A stretch of 44,655 nt of DNA, counting the filler, from Streblomastix strix (lineage: Eukaryota): assembly GCA_008636045.1 (NCBI GenBank). It is 2 parts of 2 records of this genome, joined end to end, with 100 filler letters (N's around TTAATTAATTAA, not from the genome) between each part and the next. Parts side by side here need not be neighbours in the genome. Positions count along the whole stretch, not along the records: positions 1 to 22,296 come from SNRW01000329.1; positions 22,397 to 44,655 come from SNRW01000330.1. The stretch is one strand, 5' to 3'. The translations under genes were made by a program, and so were the position numbers. Under the pieces are notes generated by a model that did no database searches, was not told the DNA's origin, and was given only the letters and a program-made list of their open reading frames with translations. Within the stretch, counting starts at the first letter, position 1; the number at the start of each line of letters is the position of its first letter. This document shows, piece by piece, positions 13,270 to 25,300 of the stretch.

Positions 13270-13792
13270 ATGGAATCTGATAACAAGGTGAAAGAACCAA
13301 TGGGTATTCTTGATGATTAATGATTAAATTTATATTCTGAATATTATGCATTTCTTTCTTGTGCGCCATTCTTTTTGCGAATCAACTTTTTCACGATTCA
13401 GACCTCATAAGGCTTTCACTCAGGGAAAAAGTTTACGTAAAACTGCGTGGGGAGCGAGAACTTAGGGGAACTCTTCATGTATGAATATACGCACGTTATT
13501 AGATTGATTTAACAAATTTTATTTTTGCAATTTCATTTACACTGCAGGCTTTTGATTAGCACCTGAATATACTTATTGGTGATGCTGAAGAGACAATTAC
13601 TGTTGTTGAAGTTGATTCTGAAACTAATGAAGAAACAATTAAAGTATGTAAAATTGTGATTAAGAGTTAAAATCATAGATTTTATTGTTTTAATTCACTT
13701 AGACTAACAAAAAGACACATCCATTAATGTTTGTACGTGGTGATATGATAATTTTGATTTCTCCACCATTACGGCAAAGTCTTGGATCATGA
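13270..13792 (+). CDS. LSM3: U6 snRNA-associated Sm-like protein LSm3 (3 introns: 13304-13401, 13479-13547, 13644-13702)
   Basis: Spliced translation [98 protein letters not shown]. The conserved Q of FDQHLN is encoded by TAG. Confidence 0.96.
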
Positions 13793-13949
13793 ATAAAATA
13801 AAAAGTTTATTAATTTTAAGCAAATTATTTATTTTTTAGTTAAATTCTCACTATATGTTTGTTTATAATAATTTTTAAAGAATAAAATTATATAATAATA
13901 GTATCTAATTAAAAATGTTATAATAACATCTGACAAAATACATTATCTT

Positions 13950-15165
13950 CCAAATCTCATTCTTGATTTATCTACAAATTTTCTTGCGATAAAATTAAGT
14001 AATTTCTTTTAATCTTCTTGATCTTCTTCATCATTATTCTTTCCTTATAAAACTGCATTAACTATTTATTATATATAAGATGGTTTGATAATATTTTCAT
14101 TATTACTTAAAATCTGAAAAGATATTTTTTTTGAAGTTGATAATTTATTATTTACATCTTCATTAACCTTTGATTGCAACAGGTCTAAACAAAGGATATT
14201 TCTCTTCTTCTTCACGAACAAATCCTCTAACTCCTGTTCCATATTCTGCACTTCTTGGTTTAATCTTCTAATCTTTTGCTTTGTTCTTATCAATGCTTTA
14301 TTCATAAAATATTATCTATTATTCATCTATATCTCTTTCCTTATCCTTCATTTAATACAAAATATATTATCCTTTCCATCTGAGGAATCGTGAAATTATT
14401 AGTGATTCTTTTTCTTTGTGTTTGGCATTTTCATCAAATTCTTCTTCTTTTTTTATTTGATTATTGATCTCTCTCTTATTCTCTATCAAAATTTACTTTA
14501 ATTAGTCTCTCTGATTTGCAAAATACACCGCATTACCTGATAATTATAAATAATGTATAATGAATATAAAATTATTATACTTAATGTTTCATTTATCATA
14601 ACTCAAATTAATTCCAAGCAATTCTATCACTTTCTCAACAAGCTTCTTTTACAATATTCCAAAATTTGTGAAGTGTTGGAAGTAGAGTTTAAGAAAGTCT
14701 TATTGGAAGAGATTTAGTCTCCCCAGTTTCTGGATCCTTCTCTGCAGTGTAATAATTATCATTTGTTTCAAGAATCTGAATAACATCAATTAATTTATCT
14801 CTTGGTTTAACTCCATTATGTGCTGAATACTCAATACTAAATGGTATTATTATATTATGAGATTATATAATATATTGATGATATCCTACATATATTACCA
14901 ATAAAATTAATAAAATAATGTCTAAATTATCAAATTTTAATAAATATTTAATTTCTATATTAATTAATCATTTTATTGAATAAATCAAACTAGTAAATTC
15001 TTCGATTATCATACCATATATTTCTTATCCACAATATAAAAATGCTTTCTTTTATATTTATCCCCAACATGCTAATAAATACTAGAATAATTCCTGCTGT
15101 TATTGGTGCAACACTCACAATTATTCTTTGTCTATATTTGCCATTTAATTTTTCGTCTGTTCTAA
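13950..15165 (-). pseudogene. Decayed, spliced protein-coding gene of unknown family (in-frame TGAs and frameshifts)
   Basis: Protein-like exon segments (YYTAEKDPETGETKSLPIRLSQTLLPTLHKFWNIVKEAC*, NAVYFANQRDQLKQILIENK, EYGTGVRGFVREEEEKYPLFRPV) flanked by GT-AG introns, but no single open frame joins them. Confidence 0.45.
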
Positions 15166-15678
15166 TTAATAATAAAAAATAGTAATATTATATAGATGAT
15201 ATAAAATACAATATATTTTATTATTTAATAATTAAATAATAAGCAAGTTTGATTCTAAAATCGGCTTTTAAAAAATGAAATTAAGCGGCTTTAAATTTTA
15301 TTTAATCATTAACATAATTAGATGTAATGTTATAGATAATTAATGCAAAATTAAGGTTTATTTCATTTTATAGATTAAACAATGAGATAAATGCTGTTTA
15401 TTAAAATTTGTTGTATAAATCTTTGATCATGTATTATTTTTTGTTTATTATGATTTAATATTAAATGTATATAGAAATAAATTCAAAATATACACAAATA
15501 AAATATTCATAATATTTGGGAGCTGAGAAAAATGAAGTTTAATGAATATCCGCCTATTTCGCTTTGGAGAGCGTGCCCCGACAATCTAAAGGTTTACTTA
15601 CCTAGCAAATTGAGCATAAATAAGAATGCTTGATCCAATGTGATATTTTTATTTGTATAAAAATGAAAATTGGGAGAT

Positions 15679-15684
15679 AAAAAA
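15679..15684 (-). terminator. RNA polymerase III terminator (T6) for tRNA-Met
   Basis: TTTTTT begins 3 nt after the discriminator base on the minus strand. Confidence 0.8.
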
Positions 15685-15687
15685 GTG

Positions 15688-15779
15688 TGGGGGTGGTGGG
15701 GCTCGAACCCACGACCTTTAGCTTATTCGACTTAGATTGTTTATGAGACTAAAGCTCGTGCCGACTGAGCTACACCCCC
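15688..15779 (-). tRNA. Elongator tRNA-Met (CAT) with 18-nt canonical 37/38 intron (15724-15741)
   Basis: GGGGGTG acceptor stem, TAGCTCAGTCGG D arm, TTAGT-CTCATA-[intron]-A-GCTAA anticodon arm, GTGGG-TTCGAGC-CCCAC T arm, CACCCCC-A. G1:C72 pair and TTCG T-loop indicate elongator rather than initiator. Confidence 0.97.
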
Positions 15780-16200
15780 AGATCCATAGCAAATTCCATA
15801 GAAAAATGATATTTATTTATTCAAAAAAATTTTTTATTTCTTACTGAAAATGATTACCAAATAATAATTTTTTGTAAAAATTTAATTAATAACACGAATT
15901 AAAATATATATTAATAAATAATATTAATAATTAATTTTTTATGAATATAATACTTTTAAATTGTTGATCTCACGGGCTAAGATCAATCGATTAAATGAAG
16001 AAGGGAATTAACTTCTTGATTTTATGGAGAGTTCAGATACAGTAAATAGAGATCAAATCTTAAACATATAACATTCAATCCATCTGTTGGTGTATTGAAA
16101 CCAGATGGCAAAGAATAATAAAAAAATCAATATTATTAATATTTTTGAATATGTATATTTTATTCACTCATAAAGATGATATTGAATAATAATAAATGAA

Positions 16201-19200
16201 TCACAATCTAAAACCAGTTTTACTTGATAATTTCCAGAAATCGAAATCAAGCTCTGTCCTAATAATGGTTGGGATGTCATTAATTGTAGTTGTAATTTCA
16301 ATTAAAGGCATGTTATTGTAGTATTATATTCGCCAAAGTCCAATCACACCTACAAGTTATAAGTGTTGAAGAAGTTGTGCTATGTGTCCCAATGCAAATG
16401 CGTGTGTAGATGAAAGTGGGTTATTGCTGAGTGAATTTGTGTAGAATGATGAAGATGAGGATCGTGTTGATGGAGTGAGACCTTAAAGCGACATTATACG
16501 ACGAACTGGAGATTGATTTGTGTATTATTCTGCTTCTTTGTCCTTAAATTTCGTATGGTAACCTGCTCCGTCTGTTGGGAATATTTCTCCATTATTTTAC
16601 TTACTATTTTTGTTATCTCTTTTTATTGGATAACATATTCCTGCTGTTCTCAACTTTTTATCTATTCGCCATCCTCTACTAAGATGTTGATTCTCATCAG
16701 TATAATATCCATGTTTTCCCATAATATCCCTTTAATCTGTGTATTTCTTGCCTTCTTACGAGAGTTCAACTTTTGCATATCGCGGATGATTACAAAGTCT
16801 GTCAGTTGCGACTTCAAATACATAATGCATAGCCTTGCTCTCATCCACAGAACGTAAGACAGGAATATTAGCTTAAGGATCGCAATAAATTCGAACTTCA
16901 GAGCCTCGAGGTAACGCTGAATATTAATTTGGTATTTATTTATCATCTTTGTACCTTTATTAATTATCTTTAAATTACTCCTTATTTTTCTATTTTTCTT
17001 TCTTCTCCTTTTCAGTTTATTTGGCTTTTTATTTCTTTTCCAATCTTCTGTGCCTCCATTTCTCTCTTTCTTTCCAATCAATATATGCCTAACTTTTTTT
17101 GTTTGTAGGAGCAGGTTCTTCAAAAGAATCAAAGTCAACAGGCTATAATTCAGCATCATTAACCCAATCTTCAAACAATACAGATCTCTTTGTCCCATTG
17201 CGTGTGAAATAGATTGAGAAATACGGTTCACGATATAACTAAGGAATTGTCTCGTGTACAACTTTATTAAGAATTGGCGAATAAATATCCTTCTTTTCTT
17301 TTTGTTTGTGAATAAATGATTAGTTCCCTTCTCCAATATCATTATAATATTCACCATCTTCATTCATATTTTCCATCCAATCATCTCTTGGAGTATTTCT
17401 TGGATTCCCCATTTCTCCATATTTCTTAATTGCATCTCCATATTTCATCTTTTTCCCAAATCCACTGAATTAACCCAATTCATTAATAATATTCACAGAA
17501 CTACCATTCATATCATCAATTGTTCCTTCTTTCCCTCCCATTAGCCTCCAATGAACTTGCATTACTTTATCTCCTACTATATAATAGTTCCAATATCCTG
17601 TACTCCATTGAACTAATGTGAGGTAATCAAGATCTCCTAAGAAATCAATTTCTGTCCAATTCATTATATTTTTACTACTTCGAGGATAATAATGATTAAA
17701 TTCGTAAGCTACATCCTTTGGCCATCGCATTCTTGTAGAATTAGGAGGAAAATTAAAAGTTATATTTTGTTATTCTTATTGTTTTTATTATTCATTTTAC
17801 ATATTTTATTCTTTTTATTCTTTATTTGTAGATTATTTATGGTCTTTTTTCACTTTATTATTTTCATTTAATTTTTATTATTCAATTTCATCTTATTAAT
17901 TTCTTTGAGGTCCATATTATGGTCCTCTTCTTTATCCCATTCTTTAATTCTATTCATAATTCCTGTTATTCTATTCATTATTAATATTTACATTTCTTTC
18001 TCTATTTCTCACATCGTTATGATTGACATCTCCAAATTAATCTATATTGAATTATTATTATTGTTGTTAATCCTGATTATTTCTTTATTAGTTTTAATTA
18101 TTTTAATTGTTGTTTTGTTAATTCTAATCTTATCTTTACCTTTCTCCATTTGGCTGTATGTCATTAATACCTAAACTATCTGCTGATATTGTTTCCTTTT
18201 CCTTTTCCTTCTCTTTTCCTTTTTCTTTCTTCTTTTCCTTCTTCTTCATATTCTTCAGTTTATCTCTTTCCTCTCTTTCTTATCTGATCTCCTTTTCTCT
18301 TTCTTTCATTCTCTCTTCCTCATAATTAAAGTCAATCAGAGTATCCACTTCTGCACCATCTAGGAAATGATGACGGCGAGGTTAGCGGATAAGTGGATGG
18401 TGGACTCCAATCTTATTCTTAGCTGCAAAGTAGGCGATTTGATTATTGAAGCTGTCTTTGCCATTTTTATCTTAATTGGAATGGTGAAGTGGTTGGTCAT
18501 TATTCTTATTATTGGTGTTTGATTACTCTTTTTTCTATTCATCATCTTTTCCTGAATATTATAAGTCATACCAAATATCTTCATTTCCAGTATTGTCTAT
18601 GATTATTCTCGTTTTTATGTCTCTTTCATTCTATTCACTTAATTCACTCTCTTCAAATTCAGAATCTTCATTTAGTATCTTTATTTTAATTTTACTTAAA
18701 TCAGCTATTCCACTGTCTTTCAATAATTATTCCATTTATTCCTCAAACATTTTTTTAAAAACTTAAGTTTTTTCATCATCACTATTATCATAGAGTTTTC
18801 CATTAAGTTCGAATTTCTTCAACATTTGATCCCATTTATTTTCTTCATATTATTTTAATCTGATATCAGCTTCTTCAGCAGATTTTATTACTGGCCATAT
18901 TTCGCTTGAATTAAATTATAATAATTACTTTCCACTATTTTCTTTCTTTTATTTATTTACCTTTCCTTTTGTAATATAGTTTCTTGTATCATAAATAGCA
19001 GCAGATTGAGGAGAAAGTGGAGAAAACCCTTCAATGAAACAGAGTTCAGGAACAGCAACCCAGATAATGTGACGTGCTGGAGATATTCGGAAGATTTCTG
19101 TTATTTCAGGAGTTTCTATTAAAATGATAACAAACAGTTAATAAAAGAAGTAAATAGAAGCATATGCAAAAATGTCTATTAACAAACCTTCAAATTTATG

Positions 19201-20695
19201 ATTATACTACAATCTCTAATCAATATAATCTTATGCACTACAAAAATACCTCACCTCTGATTATTATAAGACATTATTCGGATAATCATCAAACTAATGA
19301 TCTCCAATTGACCTGTAATAATATTCCCCATTTCCTCCTCTGTGTCTCTTTAATAAGAAAAGTGGTGATGTTCTATTCCCATTCATGAAGTGTTATGCAA
19401 GATATTTAACCTTCCTTTTCTCTCTTCCAATTTAATGCCATTTGTGAAATGAGCGTCTCGCAGATATCAGATTATTTTTAAGTTGCTATAATTCATATCT
19501 CTATGTTTTGATCCATCCAAAATTCTTTACCTTATTTGGCATTGATATAGAACTGTTTCCAGCTTAACTATGAATTTAATTCCATCTCATCTCATCTTCA
19601 TACTCCAGTAATGATATTGCATCAACTGTATCATTCCTTCTCCATCCAGGTAATGATATTTGTGCAAGATGAAGTGTCTCATTATTTGATACCTCAATTT
19701 CACGTAATGCAAATTCTCCACCATTCCAACCAAGAAAGACTTCAGTTGATCCCAAAGGAAGATGAGGAGCTCCAATCCAGGATCCTCTTTCATACTAATC
19801 ATTGTTTGGCCCTTATTGGAATTTAGGTTCTGAAATGAGATGACCTCCAACTTTCTCATCGTGAAGTGAAAGACGCATGTATCTGTTTGGATCTAAAGTG
19901 TATAATACTTATTCTGCATAAACCCAAGGATTTCCTTCTCCATTTTACACATTTCTAAGTCTTTTTATTGCATCAACGGCTTCATCAAAAGGTGAATTTA
20001 GTTTGTTCTTAGATTATGTTAGCTTTTTTCCCTTTTCTCGGAGTTTAGATATATTTCTAGAATTTGAAATTAATAAATTATCTCGTGGATTATCAACAGC
20101 AAATGTAGAAGACTTTACTCTAAGCTCAGCTTTTTGAAATATAAAAAAACAAATTCCAATATTTCATTTAAAAAAAAGTTAAATATAACATACAAGGTAT
20201 CCAAAAGTTTGGAAAATATTCTTTTGATGGGATTATCATATTATAAAGAGAAGAATTTGGAAACTAATGCCCTCTTGAAGCTTGTTGCCCCTTCGTGCCT
20301 TTTTGTTTTCTTAGCAAGTTAGATGGTACTCGACCAACGACGCTGTCTATATCAAATGCTTATGAAGGAAGAGCTGTTAAATTAGCAGTGATTGAGTTTA
20401 TTTAAATAGATTCTTTAATAAAAAATTGATTAATATACTGTCGGTGGACGGGAAAACACATGAGTACAAATCGTCTCCCAACGGCAGGAATACCGAATCA
20501 GCAGGCTGGCGGTAAATAAAAAATAAAAATAAAAATATAATAATGATTTTTTCAAACCACGTTCTACTCATTAACCGGTTCAGATGAGATGAACAGCGCG
20601 TTTTCAATAGTTGGGCCTTCATCTCTCTGTAGTAATGGTATGAAGTCTATTTACTCTTGACAATCAACAGCTAAAATTAGTGCTAGAACCAACAT
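16201..20695 (-). CDS. OS-9/XTP3-B (Erlectin)-like ER lectin with signal peptide and two MRH domains (~1400 aa; introns 20506-20560, 20374-20438, 20130-20193, 19116-19187)
   Basis: Signal peptide MLVLALILAVDC, then YSCVFP. MRH1: YLAQHFMNG...SEVRYFC...ITEIFRISPARHIIWVAVPELC. MRH2: GYWNYYIVGDKVMQVH...YFTRNGT...PRGSEVRIYC...RSVDESKAMHYVFEVATDRLCNHP. TGA 16203-16201. Confidence 0.85.
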
Positions 20696-21164
20696 AAATT
20701 AAATTTACATCAATTATATCTTGAAACAATTTGAAAAAAGCAAAAATCGGAAAAATTATATGTCAACTCAAATTGTTTTTAATTTTAATTTTTTTTAAAT
20801 ATATAAAATAATAAATAAAAATAATTGTTAATTTCATTGCAATTCTTCTATATTTGGTTTATTTATTAATTCTTTAAAAACGGGTTTGTGTTTTTATAAT
20901 TTATTAACGGATTTTATATTAGGAGAAAAAATATAATGTTTGAATGATATTTCATCCATTAAAGAAAGACTTGACCATATTCCCCAAATTTTTTCAATAG
21001 TAGCAAAAAAGCGTAATATGAAATTTTTTTTATTTAGTGTATTGAATTAATACATATAATTATAATTAGTAGTTATACATGTATGTTGGTGATAAACTAG
21101 TATATACAATATTAATAAATGAGAGACTAAATATTAAACTATTTATTCTGATCTTCAATTTTTT

Positions 21165-21830
21165 TCATATAAGCCTTATTGAGACGTAATGAATTCTTGA
21201 TATAAATCCAAGATCAATATATAGGTTCGTTTCGATACACTATTCAAATGTTATTTGTCCTGTCATTCTGCTTCGAATTTTAATATCATATAATGAACAA
21301 ATTGCATCAAAAAGTCGGCCATCTTCGTATTCACCATCTCTTTTCATTCTTTATATATATAATGATCAAATGTTTCAGTTTCATCGAAGAATAGATGATA
21401 TCGTTCTCTTTTTTTAGAATAAATTCACAGATAGACTTCCTTATTTGTGGTACTGAGAGCCTGTTTCTTCAAATTAGTCCGCTATTGCCCTAAAAATTGA
21501 ACTTATTACAAAAAATTAATAAATAATAAATAAAAATATACAAATTATATTATATATTCTTAAGGAAATATAGGAATCTCTATATTCTCTTCGTCTATTT
21601 GTAATCTTTTCGGTGCAATAGAATTTTCAGTTTTCTTTTGCGAATAGATAGAAGCATTCGCAATTGTTTTATTGTTAAATTAAATCTAATTTTTTAAGAT
21701 ATCATTTGTAGAATTTTATCTTTTCCTCTTAATAGGACCAGATATAATTTTGTTTGAGAATTACGGATTAGAAACGTGTCTTCCCTCTGGTGAAATAGTT
21801 GGACAGAAAAAAATATGACCACTCAATTTT
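21165..21830 (-). pseudogene. OTU-domain deubiquitinase-like pseudogene (at least 3 frameshifts, catalytic Cys loop not recognisable)
   Basis: Joining frames gives SIFRAIADQF...YHK/IRKSICEFILK/RERYHLFFDETETFDHYI/QRMKRDGEY...AICSLYDIKI...IDLGFISRIHYVSIRLI*, matching the OTU pattern FRA.ADQ...H..IR...F..Y...M..DG...HY.S. Confidence 0.7.
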
Positions 21831-22296
21831 CTAATTTGATAAAAAAACTAGTCTCAAAAAAATCCACCTCATCAAATCTGCAGATTTATCAAATTTATTA
21901 TAAAATATATCAATTTTTTATTTTTAAAAAATTAATTTTTTAAAAATTTTAATTTCTTAAATTAATTCTTTAAATCTTGTTTCTATTTTTTTATTATATT
22001 TTTATGTACGAATCCTTTATTTGCTCAAATTTATTTTCATATTAATGATCAAGATTAAATATTTTTTTCATTTTTAAGTAACAGAATAATATTTTCATCT
22101 TCAACAATGTCTTAATTATTACATTCGATATCTTTAATTTCAAACTCGTCTCTGTCTTCAATGCAAATAAATTTCATTATTGTTTTCTTTTTATATAATT
22201 GATTCAGTAAATCTTTATTTAGTTCTAGAATTTAATTTTCCTTATTATTATTTACTCTCATTTGAAATTTAACTTTCATTGCTAGTACTTTAATCA

Positions 22297-22396
22297 NNNN
22301 NNNNNNNNNNNNNNNNNNNNNNNNNNNNNNNNNNNNNNNNTTAATTAATTAANNNNNNNNNNNNNNNNNNNNNNNNNNNNNNNNNNNNNNNNNNNN
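22297..22396. other. Artificial contig-joining spacer (N44-TTAATTAATTAA-N44)
   Basis: Symmetric 100-bp block whose core gives TAA in all six frames, a known assembly concatenation linker. Confidence 0.95.
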
Positions 22397-22397
22397 A

Positions 22398-25300
22398 TCA
22401 ACAGGCGGTGTTTTATCAATTAGTCTCACACGGTTTGTAGCTACATCTGGATCTCATACAGGTGGTATTCATATATAAGGAGATTATGGGGATATTAAAT
22501 TATCGAGGGTATTGTTCAGCCTAACAAAATCAGAGCACTTATTACGATATACTCCAGATGCTTCATTTGGAACAGCAATATATTTATAATCGAGTATTAA
22601 AGATAGTAATACAGTTATGCCAAGACTTATTTAATAGAACTTCATTCAGTGCTATTCAGATAGTAAGATACCAATGATTGGATATTGGAGTTCAATAGCA
22701 TCAGGGAGCGTAGATACACTTCTAAGAGCGTATTAAAACAACATATATGTATCAGAAGTGGGAAATGATATAAACAATATTGGAACTTAATCTAGTCCAT
22801 TTAGAACATTGAAATATGCAATTGGAATAACAAATCCTAAGAAAGATCAATTGAATAGTGGTGGAATGAATGAATAATAATTAGCTAATATTACAATATC
22901 GAATGGGATGTATAAAGATTCATAAGTTGCGATTATGGCTGAATATATTCTAGTATCAGGGAATGGAACAGATAATACTATTGTTACCAATATTGCAATT
23001 ACATCACCATAAGCTGAAGATTCGTGTATACTATATATTTCTGCAGACAATAAAGATCCAGAAGTAGAAATAACATAGATTCATTTTTAATAGTCAATAA
23101 TTGGACTTTAAGATGGATGGGGATTAATTAAGATGAATTAAGGGAAGTTTACAGTGAAAACATGTAAGTTTTCTCAAACAGACCCTTCAATTGGACACAA
23201 TTTCAATTATATTGAATTATCTACACCACATGGAAAGTTAATTAGTTTAGATTTTATTGGTGGAAAGTTCAATGAATAAACATCAGCAGTTTTTGTTAAT
23301 AATGGAGGTGTATTTACAATGGAAGATTGTACATTTATAAATATATAAGGAAGTTCAGCAATGACTATTGATATTACAGTTGGTGAAGTTGATATGTAGA
23401 TAAGGAGATGTAGATTTGAAAGATGTTAAACATCATAAACATATTCTCAAAACTGCAGTAAATTCAGTTCAGCAATAGTTTTAGTATCAAGATGGTCATA
23501 TCCATATGAATATTATAACAATAAAAATGCATATTTATTACTTCCAGTAGTTGTATTCACAAGTTGTACTTTCTAAGATAATAAAGGAGAAGGTTCAGGA
23601 TGTGTAGAAATTAAAGGATAACCAATTGTTTTTGGATTTAGTCTCTGCAATTTCAGTGGGAATTCAATTCTAGCGACTTCTGCTATAGAATCAGGACCAA
23701 ATGATGTTGTTATTAGTTCATATGGAGTTGGTTAATCTGGGTAAATATTTGATATGAAGGCTGTTATATAAGAAGGTTTTGGATCTTGCAATACAAATGC
23801 AGGACAATCATCAATTAAAAGAATTATTTATGCATCTAATCCTCCAACAAGTTATGTTAGTATTTCTCCTGCACCAATTACAATTGAGAATGTTGACATA
23901 AAAATGAATTTAGCTTCTGTTCAAATAACTAAATATGTTCGTAGTGGTGGAAATGATGATAATTCAGGAGATTATAGTTCAATTAATAGTGCATATGAAA
24001 CAGTTTCAAGATCTTTTAAAGATTAATTCTATGGATCAGATAATCCAGTTATTGTTGATATTGGAATAGGGACATTCAATGATGACAAACTGAATGTTGG
24101 TTCTCGAGGAATAAAAATTATTGGAAAGGGAATAGGAATAACAACGATGATTAATTTAAAAGATAATTCTAATTCAAAAGCATGGCTAGTATCAACAGTA
24201 GGAGGATTACTAGACATTGAGAATATGACAGTTAAATAAGTTTCTTCAATAATTGTATCATATGGAGGAATGATTATTATTCGTGGAGATGGACTTATTA
24301 TATTAGATTAAATAAGTATTGAACAATTAGATCTTTAATAGAAACAGATAAGTAATGAGATATTATGTACATCTGGGAGTGTGAAAATAATGAATTGTAT
24401 CTTTGGATCTGTGAATTATGGGAATACTGATTAATTTATGAATTATGCAACAGGAATTAAAATGCAAAATACAGCAGAGAATCTTGATATCAATAATACA
24501 TTATTCACACAACAAATTTCAACAATTTCATTCACAGATGCAAACAATGCAATTGTTAGATAAAATTACTTATCAGGGTGTATTGTTATTAATCATGCCG
24601 AGAATGTTAGAATCAGTTATTCAAACTTCTCTTAGAATGAAGGATGGCGAACTGGATGTATATAGAGTATTGATATTAGAACATCTGTTTTGTATTTATA
24701 GAACTGCAAATTCGAGAGAAATAAAGCGACTGCAGTGAATGAATAAGATATTGGAAATGATATAATTTTAGATCACCAGTTCAAAAGAAATAATATTGCA
24801 GATAACTTTCTGAATTCATAATCAACATCTGCGTTCCCTAAAATTGGATCAAAACATTAATAATATGAATATGGTGTATTTGATTTTCTATTTGATATAT
24901 CAATGGAAAGTATTCGATATGTTAATAAATAAACTGGAAAAGATCTAGCAGGATATGGAACAGAAGAAAAACCATATTCAAGTCTTTCATATGCAATATC
25001 ATTATCATCATCAAGAAAAGAATATCCAACTACACTATAGACCAGTGGAGATTAATATATTGAATCTAATTTCTTCATTGGTGGAAGAGCTATTACTATT
25101 GAAGGATATAAAGATGAAAGTGGATTGGAATAGTAAGTAACTGTTCTATAAAATGCAGATGCAAATAATGAGAACCTATTCACTGTCTTTAATGGTACGC
25201 TAAATCTATAATAATTAGTTGTTTAAATTAATAATAAGATTGGATAATACCATCCTAATTTAATTGTTGTCAGTCTGGTAGGATCAGAATGCATATTTTC

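Noticed and set aside
14348..14637. In-frame TGAs as Trp/selenocysteine readthrough (including a Cys-TGA pair)
   Set aside because: The same locus also needs frameshifts, no SECIS was recognised, and TGA is the stop in all intact genes. Pseudogene decay is simpler.
15595..15680. U1 snRNA gene starting at ACTTACCT
   Set aside because: No U1-70K loop (GAUCACGAAG), no U1A loop (AUUGCAC), no GC-rich terminal stem. Kept only as part of the unexplained island.
15961..16110. Two small hairpins (TTGATCT/AGATCAA and CCATCTG/CAGATGG) as an H/ACA RNA or short ORF
   Set aside because: Stems are only 7 bp, spacing and boxes do not fit H/ACA, and the short frame lacks a good start.
21990..22296. Minus-strand coding fragment next to the gap
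   Set aside because: Several TGAs and no recognisable motif; may be degraded upstream part of the OTU relic but cannot be supported.
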